The position numbers and the translations under genes are program-made. A DNA stretch of 24,000 bases from the NCBI RefSeq assembly GCF_902158555.1, contig NZ_CABGGS010000006.1, positions 75,068 to 99,067 on the forward strand. Reading direction: 5' to 3'. The stretch is from Klebsiella spallanzanii. Its GTDB lineage: Bacteria; Pseudomonadota; Gammaproteobacteria; Enterobacterales; Enterobacteriaceae. The notes beneath the pieces are model-generated. The model did no database searches. It saw only the letters and a list, made by a program, of their open reading frames with translations, and had not been told where the DNA came from. Positions 23,301 through 24,000 of this stretch are shown piece after piece; the first letter of the stretch is position 1; each line of letters starts with the position of its first letter.

Positions 23301-24000
23301 TATCCAACACAGCGCGTCTGGCGCGAATGATGATAGCAAAAGCGAAAAAAAGATGTTCCGTCAGCTTTTTTTTCGCCAGTTCCAGTTACTGGGCTCCATG
23401 AACTTCACCCGCATGGAAGGGTTGAGCTACGGCTGGATCCTTGCGCCGCTGCTAAAAAAAATCTATACCGGCAATCCGCACGGCTATATTGAGTCGCTAA
23501 AACGCAATAGCCAGTTCTTTAATACCAACCAGCATCTGGCTCCGTTTATTATGGGCCTGACGCTATCGATGGAGAAAGAGAACGCCACGAACCCGAACTT
23601 TGATACTTCCAGTATTAACGGCATCAAAGTGGCCTTAATGGGACCGTTCGCTGGCGTGGGTGATTCATTCTTTTATGGCGTACTGCGTATTATCGCAACG
23701 GGGATTGCTATCGGCCTGGCGTCACAAGGAAATCCGCTGGGGCCACTGCTGTTCCTGCTCATTTATAATATTCCCAGCTACCTGCTGCGCTATTACGGCG
23801 GGGTAATGGGCTATCGGCTGGGCTCGAAATATATTGCAGAGGCAACGCAGTCGGGACTGCTCTCCTGCATCACCAAAGCCTCAGCGATGATGGGTTTGAT
23901 GATGGTGGGGGCGATGAGCGCCAGCATGGTGAAGTTTACCACCACCTTTAAAACGACGATTGCCGGGCAGCCCTTTGTGCTACAGGAGATCCTCGACAAA
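23293..24000 (+). CDS. PTS mannose-family EIID component (partial; continues past the right edge)
   Basis: Hand translation from ATG at 23293 gives MTDIQHSASGANDDSKSEKKMFRQLFFRQFQLLGSMNFTRMEGLSYGWILAPLLKKIY...NTNQHLAPFIMGLTLSMEKE...MGPFAGVGDSFFYG, typical of ManZ/AgaD EIID. The frame is open for 236 codons to the window end. It is not in the ORF track because no stop is reached. Confidence 0.85.
   Translation, partial: MTDIQHSASGANDDSKSEKKMFRQLFFRQFQLLGSMNFTRMEGLSYGWILAPLLKKIYTGNPHGYIESLKRNSQFFNTNQHLAPFIMGLTLSMEKENATNPNFDTSSINGIKVALMGPFAGVGDSFFYGVLRIIATGIAIGLASQGNPLGPLLFLLIYNIPSYLLRYYGGVMGYRLGSKYIAEATQSGLLSCITKASAMMGLMMVGAMSASMVKFTTTFKTTIAGQPFVLQEILDK

Noticed and set aside
1-24000. Search for mobile elements, CRISPR arrays, tRNA/rRNA genes or defence-system signatures
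   Set aside because: I saw no transposase or integrase ORFs, no terminal inverted repeats flanking the low-GC operon, no regularly spaced direct repeats, and no nuclease, methylase or toxin-like ORFs. The only repeat-family element is a single REP at 7285-7318.

Overview
This is an Enterobacteriaceae-type chromosomal sugar-utilisation region. I saw no rRNA, tRNA, CRISPR array, IS element, integrase or phage gene. The order from left to right is as follows. (1) A minus-strand raffinose-type operon, rafR-rafA-rafB, followed by a Maa/LacA-like acetyltransferase and the first 80 codons of a ScrY/RafY-like porin. It has twin LacI-type operators. (2) An XRE-cupin regulator divergent from azlCD, with a perfect 17-bp palindrome between them, then a REP element. 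(3) A tightly packed seven-gene minus-strand operon with no regulator of its own: PfkA-family kinase, ascorbate-family PTS EIIB and EIIC, class II ketose-bisphosphate aldolase, an orphan 89-aa protein, a PTS EIIA-2 protein and a small P-loop kinase. Its 5' end is strikingly AT-rich. (4) The cryptic frvABXR PTS operon, divergent from (3) across a 471-bp control region. (5) A LevR-type sigma-54 enhancer-binding protein, a perfect -24/-12 promoter (TGGCAC-N5-TTGCA), and a mannose-family PTS operon (EIIA, EIIB, EIIC, partial EIID) with a cytoplasmic GH88 unsaturated glucuronyl hydrolase inserted between EIIA and EIIB. The two most interesting candidates are the orphan kinase/aldolase/Asc-PTS operon and the sigma-54-controlled GH88 plus Man-PTS locus. 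All protein calls rest on motif recognition by eye. No database search was run.
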